DNA of 56,679 nucleotides from Dehalococcoidaceae bacterium (GTDB lineage Bacteria; Chloroflexota; Dehalococcoidia; Dehalococcoidales; CSSed11-197). The stretch lies in the NCBI GenBank assembly GCA_016928015.1, contig JAFGLQ010000041.1, positions 1-56,679 of the forward strand, in the 5' to 3' direction. Positions 43,962 through 53,816 of this stretch are shown here, one piece after another. The position numbers were made by a program, and so were the translations under genes. Below the pieces are notes generated by a model that saw only the letters and a program-made list of their open reading frames with translations, had not been told where the DNA came from and ran no database searches. The stretch's first letter is position 1. Every line of letters begins with the position of its first letter.

Positions 43962-44960
43962 ATGCTGTACCTGTTTGTGGGTAAAGACAATTATTCTTTA
44001 AATCAGGCGCTGCGGGAATTAAAAACCGGGCTCAATGCCGGTGAGTTGCTGGAGGCCAATACTGTCAATATCGACGGGAGAAGAACGACTCCCGGCGAGG
44101 TTAGCCTGGTAGTTTCCGCTTTGCCTTTTCTCGCCTCTAAGCGCCTGGTTATCGTGGACGGGCTGTTGGAGCGGTTCGATAAAACGGCAGATCGAGCCAA
44201 GCGGGGTAAAAACAAAACCGCCGCCGGATCTCCGGACTCCCCCCAAAGCTTTGCTGAGGTCCTGCTCCAAAAACCGGACACGACAATTCTGGTGCTGACA
44301 GCCGGGGAAGTTTCCAGATCAAACCCGCTTTTTAAAAGGCTGCAATCTGAAGCAGTCTTGAATGAATTTCCCCTCCTGAAAGATACCGAATTGGCGACCT
44401 GGGTTAAACAGCAGGTTGCGTTGCGCGGTGCTGCTATCACCCCCGAAGCGGCAAGAGCCCTGGCTGAACAGGTTGGAGGAGAACTGTGGGCTATGGCCAA
44501 CGAAATAGACAAGCTTGTTGCTTATGCCGGCGGCCGGCAGATCAGCGTTACTGATATCGGCTGTCTGGTCGCCTGGTCACCGGAAGCCAGTATTTTCAAA
44601 ATGGTGGATTCCGTCATTGAAGGCAAGGCAAGCCAGGCTGAAGCCGAGCTTGAGATACTGCTGTCGGAAGGTATGAATTCAGGGCAGATACTGGCCATGC
44701 TCAGCCGTCAGGTACGCATGATCACCCTGGCCCGCGACATGATCGAAAGGGGTCTTTCTCAATCTGAGATACAGGCAAGGCTGGGTATAACTCATGACTT
44801 CGTATTGCGCAAAACCCTGCAGCAGGCCAGGCGGCATACCATTGAGCGTTTGAAGTTATTCTACAAACGGCTTGTTGAGGCTGATTTCACCATAAAAACC
44901 AGCCGCCTGGAACCCGAGCTGGCCTTGAGTGTGCTGGTTGAAAGCCTGGCAAGAAACTGA
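43962..44960 (+). CDS. holA: DNA polymerase III subunit delta
   Basis: 332 aa. It begins LYLFVGKDNYSLNQAL, contains LVIV and a helical C-terminal domain, and has the length and layout of HolA. Confidence 0.75.
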   Translation: MLYLFVGKDNYSLNQALRELKTGLNAGELLEANTVNIDGRRTTPGEVSLVVSALPFLASKRLVIVDGLLERFDKTADRAKRGKNKTAAGSPDSPQSFAEVLLQKPDTTILVLTAGEVSRSNPLFKRLQSEAVLNEFPLLKDTELATWVKQQVALRGAAITPEAARALAEQVGGELWAMANEIDKLVAYAGGRQISVTDIGCLVAWSPEASIFKMVDSVIEGKASQAEAELEILLSEGMNSGQILAMLSRQVRMITLARDMIERGLSQSEIQARLGITHDFVLRKTLQQARRHTIERLKLFYKRLVEADFTIKTSRLEPELALSVLVESLARN

Positions 44961-44965
44961 TACCG

Positions 44966-45166
44966 CTAATTTTTTACCGACCAGACAAGGGCTACAACCC
45001 ATCCGATGAAAGACCAGCCCAGAAAGAAATTAAGCAGGAAGATAGCCAGGGTGTTAGGATGTTTGCGGGTTACGGCCAGTATTGTAGGCAGGAAATAGAG
45101 CAATAGTCCCAGGATAAAGAAAATTATGCCTACCCCATTAAAAAGAAAACTGATTATTCCGTCCAT
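44966..45166 (-). CDS. small membrane protein of the superinfection-immunity (Imm-like) family
   Basis: 66 aa with two TM helices. Contains YFLPTILAVTRKHPNTLAIFLLNFFLGWSFIGWVVALVWS. Confidence 0.6.
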   Translation of the reverse strand: MDGIISFLFNGVGIIFFILGLLLYFLPTILAVTRKHPNTLAIFLLNFFLGWSFIGWVVALVWSVKN

Positions 45167-45281
45167 TCCGGCTGCCTCCTTATTGTAAATAACAGCTTAC
45201 TATGCTCGGGCAATACCGCGCAACTGTTTTGATACAGTTTGGTATGGCAATGCGGGCGCTTAAAACCGGGAACCGGACTTG

Positions 45282-46094
45282 TTAACCACGGCCGCGAAAA
45301 CAGTTAATCTGTTCTTTCAAGCTCAGGGCCGCCTCGCGGCTTTTTTCGGCAAAATCCGCCTTCAGGGATGCGTGTATGATTTGGCGCGAAGAGTTAATCA
45401 GGGCCATTTCGCCCTGCCGGTTTGTGCCGTTCTCAACCGCCATTCGAATATCTCCACCCTGCGTGCCGATTCCCGGTATTAGTAACAGCATATCGGGGCA
45501 CTGCCGGCGAATAACGCCCAGTTCGTCCGGATGAGTTGCTCCCATTACAAGGCCGATGTTGCCGTGACGGTTCCACTCGGCAGCTTTTCCGGCAACGGCA
45601 CGGTACAGGGGGATACACCCTTCCCGGGTTGTAACTTCAAGGTTCTGGAAATCAGCCGAGCCGGGATTGGACGTACGGCACAGAACAAATATACCGCGGT
45701 CCGTGTATTCAATAAATGGCGCCAGCGAATCCCTGCCCATATACGGATTAACTGTGATTCCATCAAAGCCGAGCTGTTCGAATACCGCCGACGCATAGGC
45801 TTTTGAAGTATTGCCGATATCAGCCCGCTTGGCATCAGCAATTGCCGGGATATCAGCCGGTATACACTGCCGGGCATACTCAAGATAATAAAAAGAACTC
45901 TTCCCCAAAGCTTCGAAAAAAGCGAAATTCACCTTGTAGGCACAAACCAGGTCCCGGGTAGCATCTATGATACTTCGGATAAAATCTTCCAGTCTTATGC
46001 CTTCCGGCAAAAGGCTGGTGTCAGGGTCCAGCCCTACGCACAGCAGACTGTTGTTGGCTGCAGCAGCTTTTTGCAGTTTTTGAGTAAAGTTCAA
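45282..46094 (-). CDS. pyrF: orotidine-5'-phosphate decarboxylase (type 2)
   Basis: 270 aa. Contains LCVGLDPD, ADAKRADIGNT and PGIGTQGG. Confidence 0.85.
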   Translation of the reverse strand: MNFTQKLQKAAAANNSLLCVGLDPDTSLLPEGIRLEDFIRSIIDATRDLVCAYKVNFAFFEALGKSSFYYLEYARQCIPADIPAIADAKRADIGNTSKAYASAVFEQLGFDGITVNPYMGRDSLAPFIEYTDRGIFVLCRTSNPGSADFQNLEVTTREGCIPLYRAVAGKAAEWNRHGNIGLVMGATHPDELGVIRRQCPDMLLLIPGIGTQGGDIRMAVENGTNRQGEMALINSSRQIIHASLKADFAEKSREAALSLKEQINCFRGRG

Positions 46095-46244
46095 AACACT
46101 TCTCCTTGATTTGAGATGATATTAGCAACCGAAGCGTCGCCAGTCAAGCCTGGCGCCGGTCGAATACCATTCGGTAGCACTTTTGTTTTATCTGCCGAGC
46201 GGTTATAATTTAGTGTGTTTTACCGCGGTCGGGAGAGCCTGAGT

Positions 46245-47021
46245 ATGTTTAAAAGAACTGCCGTCGCTTTTACGGTGATGATACTGGCCTGCTTTGCTGT
46301 ACTCGGATGTTACGGTGCTGTGCGCGGCTCTGGAAAAATAGTTACCCGGTCATATGATTTTGTTGATTTCAGCCGTGTAGAAATATCCTCTGCCTTTGAT
46401 GTCGAAGTAGTCCGCGGCAGCGCTTTCAGCATTTCTGTTACTGCCGATGACAATATGTTTGATTTTATCCGGGTTTCACAGATCGAAAACACTTTGAAGA
46501 TAGGCATGAGCCCGGGTTACAGTTATTTTCCCAGTGTGCTGATTGCCAGGGTGGTCATGCCGGACATTGAGAGCCTCAGTGCTTTCGGGGCATCCCGTGT
46601 CGAGCTCTCCGGTTTCACTTTCGAACACGAATTCGCAGCTGACGTAAGCGGAGCCAGTACCCTGGAATTTACCGGTGCTGTGATGGGGGATGTCAGGCTC
46701 GATGCAGGTACTGCGTCACGAATTCAGGGAATAATCCAGGCAATCGATATTAACTTCGAAGTCACCGGAGCCAGCCGGGCTAATCTCAACGGTAATGCAC
46801 GCAATGTGCATATTACCGGGGGTGGTGCCTCGAATATCGATATATCCGGCCTGGAGGCTCACAACGCTACCGTGGGTTTGAGCGGAGCATCTTCGGCTTT
46901 GGTCAATATTAGCGGCCGTCTGGATGCCGGCCTGACAGGCGCTTCTCACCTGAAGTATATTGGACAACCCGAGTTGGGCAACATAAACCTTTCAGACTTT
47001 TCCACAGTAAGCCAGCAGTGA
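46245..47021 (+). CDS. DUF2807 (putative adhesin head GIN domain) lipoprotein
   Basis: Signal peptide plus lipobox MFKRTAVAFTVMILACFAVLGC. Repetitive beta-helix-like segments follow (GSGKIVT..., VSGASTLEF, TGASRANL, GGGASNIDI, SGASSALV, TGASHLKY). Confidence 0.65.
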   Translation: MFKRTAVAFTVMILACFAVLGCYGAVRGSGKIVTRSYDFVDFSRVEISSAFDVEVVRGSAFSISVTADDNMFDFIRVSQIENTLKIGMSPGYSYFPSVLIARVVMPDIESLSAFGASRVELSGFTFEHEFAADVSGASTLEFTGAVMGDVRLDAGTASRIQGIIQAIDINFEVTGASRANLNGNARNVHITGGGASNIDISGLEAHNATVGLSGASSALVNISGRLDAGLTGASHLKYIGQPELGNINLSDFSTVSQQ

Positions 47022-47085
47022 TGTTAGAATTACGCAAATTTTCCATCACGATCCTGAAGTGTCGGCCGGTAACCAAGAAGGCATA

Positions 47086-48435
47086 ATGCTGTCAGCCCGG
47101 TATCAGCAAGCCCTGGACTATCTTTACAGCCTGGTTGATATGGAATCCAGGCACGAACTAAGCCCGGAAGTATTGTTTGACCTGCGGCGGATGGAAAGAC
47201 TGTTGGAAAAGTTTGACAACCCGCATTTGAAAATCCCCTGTGTGCATATTGCCGGCACCAAGGGTAAGGGCAGTACAGCCGCCATGATTGCCAGTGTGCT
47301 TACCGAAACCGGCCTGAAGACCGGCCTTTACACCTCACCCCACCTGATCGACCTGACGGAACGGCTGAAAATAGACGGGGTGGATATTGACACAGAGGCA
47401 GTTGTTGAAATTGTTGACGAGCTGGAACCCGTAGTAAATGCGATTAACGACAGAGCTGAGTTTGGGTGCCTGACTACTTTTGAAGTGCTTACCGCTATGG
47501 CATTCATATATTTTGCCAAAAGCGGCGCAGATGTTCAGGTGATCGAAACCGGGCTCGGCGGCCGTCTGGATGCCACCAATGTTGTCTGCCCGGAAGTTGC
47601 CGTAATTACCCTGATCGGCCTCGATCATACAGGCGTACTGGGCAGCACTCTTTCCCGGATAGCCGGAGAAAAAGCGGGAATTATCAAGGCAGGCAGTACG
47701 GTAGTGAGCGCCTCACAGCCGGCGGAAGCCGCCCTGGTTATTCGCGAAACCTGCAGCCGCATGGGCGCCAGCCTGATAGAAGCGGGTAGCCGGATTAATA
47801 TAAGTTGCCGGGGTTATGCCGGCAGTGCTCAGGTTTTTGATGCTGCAGGCGATCTGGCAAATTATCATATTGAATTACCCCTTCTGGGCAGTTACCAGGC
47901 AGCCAATCTGGCCTGTGCCCTGGCATGCCTGGAAGCGCTTGCGGCAAAGGGCTACCGGATTTCAAAAAGCCAGATTGAAAAAGGCTTAGGAAAAGTAAAA
48001 TGGCCCGGACGTTTCCAGATTCTGGCTGCGCAACCTCTTCTGATTGCCGATGGCGCGCATAATCCGGAAGCTATTGGCGCGCTTTTAAAGGCGCTGGAAG
48101 ACTATTTAACCGGCGCCAGGCCGGATATCAGGAGATGTACGCTCATATTCGGTACATCCAGGGACAAGGATATAGCCGGAATGGCAGCCAGGCTTCATGA
48201 CCGTTTTGACAGAATACTGCTTGTGAGCTCGGACCACCCCAGAGCTGCAGAACCGGAAACGATCGGGTGCGAGTTTGCCCGTTACGGCAGAAAAACAGAG
48301 ATAGCGGAAAACGTAGCCCAGGCCGTGAAATCAACTATGGCATCTGCGGCACATGACGAGCTGATCCTGGTGACGGGTTCTCTTTTCGTTGCAGGCAATG
48401 CCCTGGCCAGCCGCAGGACCGAAGGGTTGTACTAA
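47086..48435 (+). CDS. folC: bifunctional folylpolyglutamate synthase / dihydrofolate synthase
   Basis: Mur-ligase P-loop HIAGTKGKGST, plus TSPHL, ETGLGGRLDATN and DGAHNP. Confidence 0.85.
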   Translation: MLSARYQQALDYLYSLVDMESRHELSPEVLFDLRRMERLLEKFDNPHLKIPCVHIAGTKGKGSTAAMIASVLTETGLKTGLYTSPHLIDLTERLKIDGVDIDTEAVVEIVDELEPVVNAINDRAEFGCLTTFEVLTAMAFIYFAKSGADVQVIETGLGGRLDATNVVCPEVAVITLIGLDHTGVLGSTLSRIAGEKAGIIKAGSTVVSASQPAEAALVIRETCSRMGASLIEAGSRINISCRGYAGSAQVFDAAGDLANYHIELPLLGSYQAANLACALACLEALAAKGYRISKSQIEKGLGKVKWPGRFQILAAQPLLIADGAHNPEAIGALLKALEDYLTGARPDIRRCTLIFGTSRDKDIAGMAARLHDRFDRILLVSSDHPRAAEPETIGCEFARYGRKTEIAENVAQAVKSTMASAAHDELILVTGSLFVAGNALASRRTEGLY

Positions 48436-48692
48436 ACCGACTCGAGTTCCTGGTTTCTGGCTTCTTCGGGCAGCATTATTCCAAGGACTTTTTGCATGGC
48501 CAGGGTGTGGGAACACATCCCCCAGCTTTCAAAAAACGGGCAGTTGCAAATCCATTGCCCGTTTTGATAACTGGTGGTGTGGGTGTTGTTATCGCCCCTG
48601 ATGGTGACGGTGAAATTGCTGAAAGTTATGCGTTCCGGTTCGCGGGCATATAGCTTGGCCTTTTCAATTTTCCCGATGAGACTCGACTGCAT
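48432..48692 (-). CDS. small SWIM zinc-finger protein
   Basis: 86 aa. CxC...CxH motif (WICNCPFFESWGMCSHTLAM). Confidence 0.55.
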   Translation of the reverse strand: MQSSLIGKIEKAKLYAREPERITFSNFTVTIRGDNNTHTTSYQNGQWICNCPFFESWGMCSHTLAMQKVLGIMLPEEARNQELESV

Positions 48693-48940
48693 TTTTGCCC
48701 TCCTTAAACTTGTTCCGGTTAAAAAGCGGTAATTCGCCTGTGGCCAGTAAACCGGGATAAATCAAGAACCGCTCGGCAGAGCCTTGAAATCAGGGAACGG
48801 GACTTATATTGTCTTACCGCCTTTAATTTTAACTTGTTTGGTCCGGTAAAGTCCACCGCCGTTTGGGGAGCCTCAATCCTGAAAATAAGAAAACAGAAAA
48901 AGGGTTAAAAAATAAATTTCCCAAAAACTGGTCTGATTGG

Positions 48941-50095
48941 TTAACCAAGCATGTTAAGCAGGACTCCGGCGACAACCGCAGAACCGATAACCCCAGCAAC
49001 GTTTGGCCCCATGGCATACATTAGCAGGAAGTTTTTGGGATTTTCCTTTTGTCCTACGTGCTGTACAACCCTGGCTGCCATGGGTACAGCTGAAACCCCG
49101 GCAGCTCCGATAATGGGATTGAATGGCTCCCTGGAGAGTACCTTCATGAGCTTGCCCATAAGGACTCCACCGGCAGTACCTCCGGCAAAGGCGACCAAAC
49201 CCAGGCCCAGAACCATCAGGGTTTCAGGTTTCATGACCACATCCCCCGGCATCGAAGCACCGATGCTGAGCATGAGAATAATGGTAGTAATGTTGATCAG
49301 GGAATTCTGTGCCGAAACGGAGAGCCTCTCGACCACGCCGCTTTCCCTTAGCAGGTTGCCGAACATAAACATGCCTACCAGCGGCGCGCTCTGAGGTACC
49401 AGCAGGATAACTACAATTGTGCATATGACGGGGAACATGATTCTCTCGCGCCGGGATACCGGTCTGATCTGAGACTGCATATATGTCTGGCGTTCTTTTT
49501 TGCTGGTCAGCGCCCGTATAATCGGCGGCTGGATAAAAGCAACCATGGCCATGTAGGAATAAGCCGCTACAGCGGCGACCCCCATCAGATCCGGGGCGAG
49601 TTTGGATGTAAGGTATATGGTGGTGGGGCCGTCAGCGCCGCCGATTATAGCTATGGCAGCCGCTTCCAGCAGCCCGAAATCAGCTATACCGAAATGACCC
49701 AGCGCCAGCGCACCCAGAAAAGCAATAACGATTCCCAGTTGTGCAGCGGCTCCCAGGATAAACAGTTTAGGTTTGGCAATCAACGGGCTGAAGTCGGTCA
49801 TCGCTCCCAGGCCGATGAAGATGAGTTGAGGTAATACTGTATAGCGCAATAACCCGAATTCAATGAATATGCCCAGCAGGCCGGCCGAACCGATTTGGCC
49901 TCCTACCTGTTGCGGCTGGATCAGGAGCCCTGTTCCAGGCAGGTTGGCAAGGATCATGCCGATGCCTATGGGCAGAAGCTCGTAAGGCTCCCATTTTTTG
50001 GATATGGCCAGCCAGATAAAAACCAGGCCGATGACAAGCATAACCGCATTGGCCCAGGTGAGCTGGAACAAACCCAGGTTCAGGAATTCGTTCAA
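48941..50095 (-). CDS. oadB: sodium ion-translocating decarboxylase beta subunit (OadB/GcdB/MmdB family)
   Basis: 384 aa, polytopic. Characteristic segments GIGMILANLPG, GGADGPT and GPNVAGVIGSA. TTG start with an AGGGGA Shine-Dalgarno. Confidence 0.8.
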   Translation of the reverse strand: MNEFLNLGLFQLTWANAVMLVIGLVFIWLAISKKWEPYELLPIGIGMILANLPGTGLLIQPQQVGGQIGSAGLLGIFIEFGLLRYTVLPQLIFIGLGAMTDFSPLIAKPKLFILGAAAQLGIVIAFLGALALGHFGIADFGLLEAAAIAIIGGADGPTTIYLTSKLAPDLMGVAAVAAYSYMAMVAFIQPPIIRALTSKKERQTYMQSQIRPVSRRERIMFPVICTIVVILLVPQSAPLVGMFMFGNLLRESGVVERLSVSAQNSLINITTIILMLSIGASMPGDVVMKPETLMVLGLGLVAFAGGTAGGVLMGKLMKVLSREPFNPIIGAAGVSAVPMAARVVQHVGQKENPKNFLLMYAMGPNVAGVIGSAVVAGVLLNMLG

Positions 50096-50098
50096 AGA

Positions 50099-50275
50099 CT
50101 ATTCCCCTGCTACATTATTGTTATTTGCCGGCCGGGCATCGCCGTTGTCGTTGCCCGGTATCCTGGTCAGGATAAAGGAAGCCAGGATAACTATGAACGA
50201 CAGGAACAGCAGCACGGCAAAGGTAAACCCGAAGGCTACCGCGGTTATTTCCCAGGCTTCTGCCCAATCTATCAC
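50099..50275 (-). CDS. OadG-like small membrane subunit (micro-ORF missing from the ORF track)
   Basis: Hand translation gives (GTG)MIDWAEAWEITAVAFGFTFAVLLFLSFIVILASFILTRIPGNDNGDARPANNNNVAGE*. It has one TM helix and a polar tail, like decarboxylase gamma subunits. Its stop lies 3 nt before the oadB TTG. The start codon is uncertain. Confidence 0.45.
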   Translation of the reverse strand: MIDWAEAWEITAVAFGFTFAVLLFLSFIVILASFILTRIPGNDNGDARPANNNNVAGE

Positions 50276-50380
50276 GTCGAACTTGTCCTTGATGTAATTC
50301 GATATTTCATATACAAGAGAAGGGCTAAAAGCAAATATTGCTTTACCGCCCTTCCTCCGGTTTTCTACCCAGACTTCCCC

Positions 50381-52870
50381 TTAAGCGTCTATGGAAAGCG
50401 CCGTAATATTTTCCTCGCAGCCTCCCAAATCCTTCTCGGTGCTCGAGATCGCTATCTTGTCATCTACCAGATCCACCTTGATGGTGCCGCCGGCTTTAAA
50501 GGTACCCTTGAGCAGTCCTTCGGAAATCGGATCCTCCAGCAAATCCTGGATCACTCTCTTGAGAGGCCTGGCTCCGAATACTTCATCGTACCCTTTTCTG
50601 CCCAAGAAGTCCTTGGCTTCCTGGCTGACCTCAAGGCTTATTTCCTTTTCCTTCAGCTGGCTGGTGACGTTCTGCAGGGCGATATCAACAATAGCCAGTA
50701 TCTGCTCCCGCGAAAGCGGATGAAATACTATCACGCCATCCAGCCTGTTGACAAATTCAGGTTTGAATGACTTCTTTACTTCACCCAGCAGCTTTTCTTT
50801 CATAGTCTCGTAAGACTGCTGTTGGGTTTTAGCTTCATCGGTATGAGAAGAGAAGCCAATCTGGGCTCCCTTACGGATGAGTTCAGCTCCGATGTTGGAA
50901 GTCATGATAATGATGCTGTTGCGGAAGTCCACCCTTCTGCCCTTGGCATCGGTTAGATGGCCGTCATCAAATATCTGTAAAAGTATGTTGAATACGTCAG
51001 GATGGGCCTTTTCTATTTCATCCAGCAGTATGCACGCGTAGGACTTGCGCCTCACCGCTTCCGTAAGCTGGCCGCCTTCTTCAAAGCCGACATAACCGGG
51101 AGGGGCTCCCACCAGGCGGGAAACAGCAAATTTTTCCATGAATTCACTCATGTCGATGCGTATCAGCGAATCCTCGTTGCCGAACATGAACTCGGCCAGG
51201 GCTTTAGCCAGTTCGGTTTTACCCACACCGGTAGGACCCAGGAAAAGGAAATTACCTATCGGGCGGTGGGGATCCTTGATGCCTGCCCGCGCCCTCCTGA
51301 CCGCCTTTGAAATGGTGTTTATGGCTTCTTCCTGCCCGACAATGCGTTCGTGCAGGGCGTCTTCCATCTTAAGCAAGCGCTCTGTTTCGTCGCTGGCCAG
51401 CTGTACCAGTGGAATACCGGTCCACATGCTGACTACTTCGGCGACGTCTTCTTCCCTGACGACTACACTGCTCTGGTCCATTTTGGCCAGCCATTCTTCT
51501 TCTTCGTTGCGGATCTGTTCTCCGATTTGCAGTTCCTGCTGTCTGAGTTCGGCGGCATCATCATACTGCTGGCTGGCAAGAGCCGCTTCTTTATCTTTGC
51601 GATAACGCTCTTCGACCTGCTTGAGTTTCTTGATAGAACTGGGACGGGTGCCGTAACGGATTCTCACTCTGGAGGCCGCTTCGTCGATGATATCGATGGC
51701 CTTATCCGGCAGGTATCTGTCGGGGATATAGCGTGATGCCAGGGTTACTGCCGCTCTTAAAGATTCATCGGATATTTCCAGCTGGTGGTGCTCTTCATAG
51801 CGTTTTTTAATACCGCGTAAAATTTCCAGGGCTTGATCGGACGATGGTTCTTCAACCAGAACAGGTTGAAAACGTCTTTCCAGAGCGGCATCCCTTTCCA
51901 CATATTTGCGGAAATCATCCAGGGTGGTGGCACCGATGCACTGCAGTTCACCTCTGGCCAGCGGGGGTTTAAGGATATTGGCCGCATCGACAGCGCCTTC
52001 GGCTGCACCGGCTCCCACCAGAGTGTGGAACTCGTCAATGAACAGGATACAACCGCCTGCATTTCTTATTTCATCAAGGATTTTCTTTAAGCGTTCTTCA
52101 AATTCACCGCGGTACTTGGTTCCGGCCACTACCGAAGCCATATCCAGCGCGACAATGCGTTTTTCCTCCAGGGTAGCAGGAACGTCTCCGGCAATAATTC
52201 GATGAGCCAGGCCTTCAACTATGGCGGTTTTGCCTACACCGGGCTCCCCTATAAGCGCCGGGTTGTTTTTGGTGCGCCGGCTCAGAATCTGGACTACGCG
52301 CTCAATTTCTTTATCCCGGCCGATTACCGGATCAAGCTTGCCTTCACGGGCAGCGGTGGTCAGATCGCGACTCACCTGGTCCAGGGTGGGTGTGCGGCTG
52401 GGGCGGCCGGTTTTACTTTTTGTGCTGGAAAGAGAGAGCACACGGGCAATTTCAGCCCGTACTCTTTCCTGATTGATATCCAGGCTCTGGAGCACCTTGG
52501 AGGCTACACCTTCACCTTCCCTCAGGATGCCCAGCAACAGGTGTTCGGTGCCTATATAACTGTGGCCCATTTGCCTGGCTTCATCTATAGCCAGCTCAAT
52601 AATCTTCTTTGCCCGGGAGGTTAACCCCGAAGTGCCGGTGGTCTGTTTTTCACCGGCGCCAATAACATATTCCACTGCCTGTCTGACCCTGGCCAGGCTT
52701 ACACCCATACCGGTGAGGACCTTGGCGGCTATGCCTTCTTCCTCGCGTATCAGGCCCAGCAGAATATGCTCGGTGCCGATATAGCTGTGGTTAAACCGCT
52801 GAGCTTCTTCCTGTGCAAGGGTAAGTACCCGGCGGGCATGTTCACTGAATTTATCAAAACGACTTGCCAA
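50381..52870 (-). CDS. clpC: ATP-dependent Clp protease ATP-binding subunit ClpC (class III stress AAA+ chaperone)
   Basis: 829 aa. Double Clp_N repeat ([13 protein letters not shown] twice), two Walker A sites (GEPGVGKTA and GPTGVGKTE), and a UVR-like linker ([12 protein letters not shown]). TTG start. Confidence 0.9.
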   Translation of the reverse strand: MASRFDKFSEHARRVLTLAQEEAQRFNHSYIGTEHILLGLIREEEGIAAKVLTGMGVSLARVRQAVEYVIGAGEKQTTGTSGLTSRAKKIIELAIDEARQMGHSYIGTEHLLLGILREGEGVASKVLQSLDINQERVRAEIARVLSLSSTKSKTGRPSRTPTLDQVSRDLTTAAREGKLDPVIGRDKEIERVVQILSRRTKNNPALIGEPGVGKTAIVEGLAHRIIAGDVPATLEEKRIVALDMASVVAGTKYRGEFEERLKKILDEIRNAGGCILFIDEFHTLVGAGAAEGAVDAANILKPPLARGELQCIGATTLDDFRKYVERDAALERRFQPVLVEEPSSDQALEILRGIKKRYEEHHQLEISDESLRAAVTLASRYIPDRYLPDKAIDIIDEAASRVRIRYGTRPSSIKKLKQVEERYRKDKEAALASQQYDDAAELRQQELQIGEQIRNEEEEWLAKMDQSSVVVREEDVAEVVSMWTGIPLVQLASDETERLLKMEDALHERIVGQEEAINTISKAVRRARAGIKDPHRPIGNFLFLGPTGVGKTELAKALAEFMFGNEDSLIRIDMSEFMEKFAVSRLVGAPPGYVGFEEGGQLTEAVRRKSYACILLDEIEKAHPDVFNILLQIFDDGHLTDAKGRRVDFRNSIIIMTSNIGAELIRKGAQIGFSSHTDEAKTQQQSYETMKEKLLGEVKKSFKPEFVNRLDGVIVFHPLSREQILAIVDIALQNVTSQLKEKEISLEVSQEAKDFLGRKGYDEVFGARPLKRVIQDLLEDPISEGLLKGTFKAGGTIKVDLVDDKIAISSTEKDLGGCEENITALSIDA

Positions 52871-52914
52871 AATTTAACTCCCATACCGATCAATGTAGCG
52901 GTGTCCTACTTATG

Positions 52915-52943
52915 ATTATAGAATAAAGCCCTGTTAAGGTCAA
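52915..52943 (-). promoter_or_regulatory. consensus sigma70-type promoter of clpC
   Basis: On the minus strand: TTGACC (52938-52943), a 17-nt spacer, then TATAAT (52915-52920), about 45 nt upstream of the clpC start. Confidence 0.6.
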
Positions 52944-53055
52944 TGAAGAAAGCGGTTTTCAAAGCTGTTATTTTGTATTTTCAATCGTGGAGGCCGGTTG
53001 CTGTCTCCGGGAAGCCTTGACCCCGGCCGTGCAGGCATATTATGCTAAAACGCAC

Positions 53056-53799
53056 ATGAAAGGGAAAGTGTACCTGGTCGGTATAGGCACGGGCAATCCG
53101 GCGGATCTGACTCCCAGAGCGAAAGACACGCTGCTGGCAGCCGGCATAATCATCGGGCATGAGGCCAGCCTGAAGTCGGTAGCCGGCCTGCTCGGCGGCA
53201 AGCGGGTAGTCGGTGGCACGTTAAGCCCCGTGGAGCGCTCATCAATTGCGGTCGATTTTGCCGAGGAGGGTGAAACGGTGGCGATTATTTCATCCGGTGA
53301 TCCGGGCGTCTACGCCATCGCCGCGACTTTCTTCAATTACCTTAAAGAAAACAATATTGCCATCAGTGTGGAAATCGTTGCCGGCATTACTACTGCCTCC
53401 AGTGCTGCAGCCCTGCTCGGCAGTCCGTTGGGCAATGACTTTGCCGTTATCAGTCTGGCAGACCAGGCCAGCCGCTGGCAGGCAACCCGTTGCCGGATTG
53501 AACAGGCGGTATCTGGCGATTTCGTAATCGTGCTATATAACCCACTGGGCAAAATCGGCCCCGGCCGGCTGGAAGAACTGTTGGGTATCTTGAATCTTTT
53601 TAGACAACCGGCTACCCCCGTTGGTCTGGTTAGAGGTGCCGGCTGCGAGAAAGAGTATGTAAAGGTTGTCCGCTTGTGCGAGTTGAAGCCATCGGATATT
53701 GACAACGATACACTGGTAATTGTTGGAAACTCGGAAACATATGTTTATGACGGATGGATGGTAACTCCCAGAGCTTATCAGCCCGGGCTGGGTTATTGA
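53056..53799 (+). CDS. cobJ: precorrin-3B C17-methyltransferase / cobalt-factor III methyltransferase (CobJ/CbiH family)
   Basis: 247 aa from MKGKVYLVGIGTGNP. Contains IISSGDPGVYA, VIVLYNP and DNDTLVIVGNSET...TPRAY. It belongs to the tetrapyrrole methylase superfamily. Confidence 0.7.
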   Translation: MKGKVYLVGIGTGNPADLTPRAKDTLLAAGIIIGHEASLKSVAGLLGGKRVVGGTLSPVERSSIAVDFAEEGETVAIISSGDPGVYAIAATFFNYLKENNIAISVEIVAGITTASSAAALLGSPLGNDFAVISLADQASRWQATRCRIEQAVSGDFVIVLYNPLGKIGPGRLEELLGILNLFRQPATPVGLVRGAGCEKEYVKVVRLCELKPSDIDNDTLVIVGNSETYVYDGWMVTPRAYQPGLGY

Positions 53800-53808
53800 G
53801 CCCGGGCT
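53780..53808. repeat. two copies of the self-complementary motif AGCCCGGGCT, 9 nt apart, between convergent genes
   Basis: AGCCCGGGCT occurs at 53780-53789 and 53799-53808. The copies can pair with each other (10-bp stem) or fold individually. The element spans the cobJ stop, and no U-run follows it. Confidence 0.35.
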
Positions 53809-53816
53809 GCTGCTGT

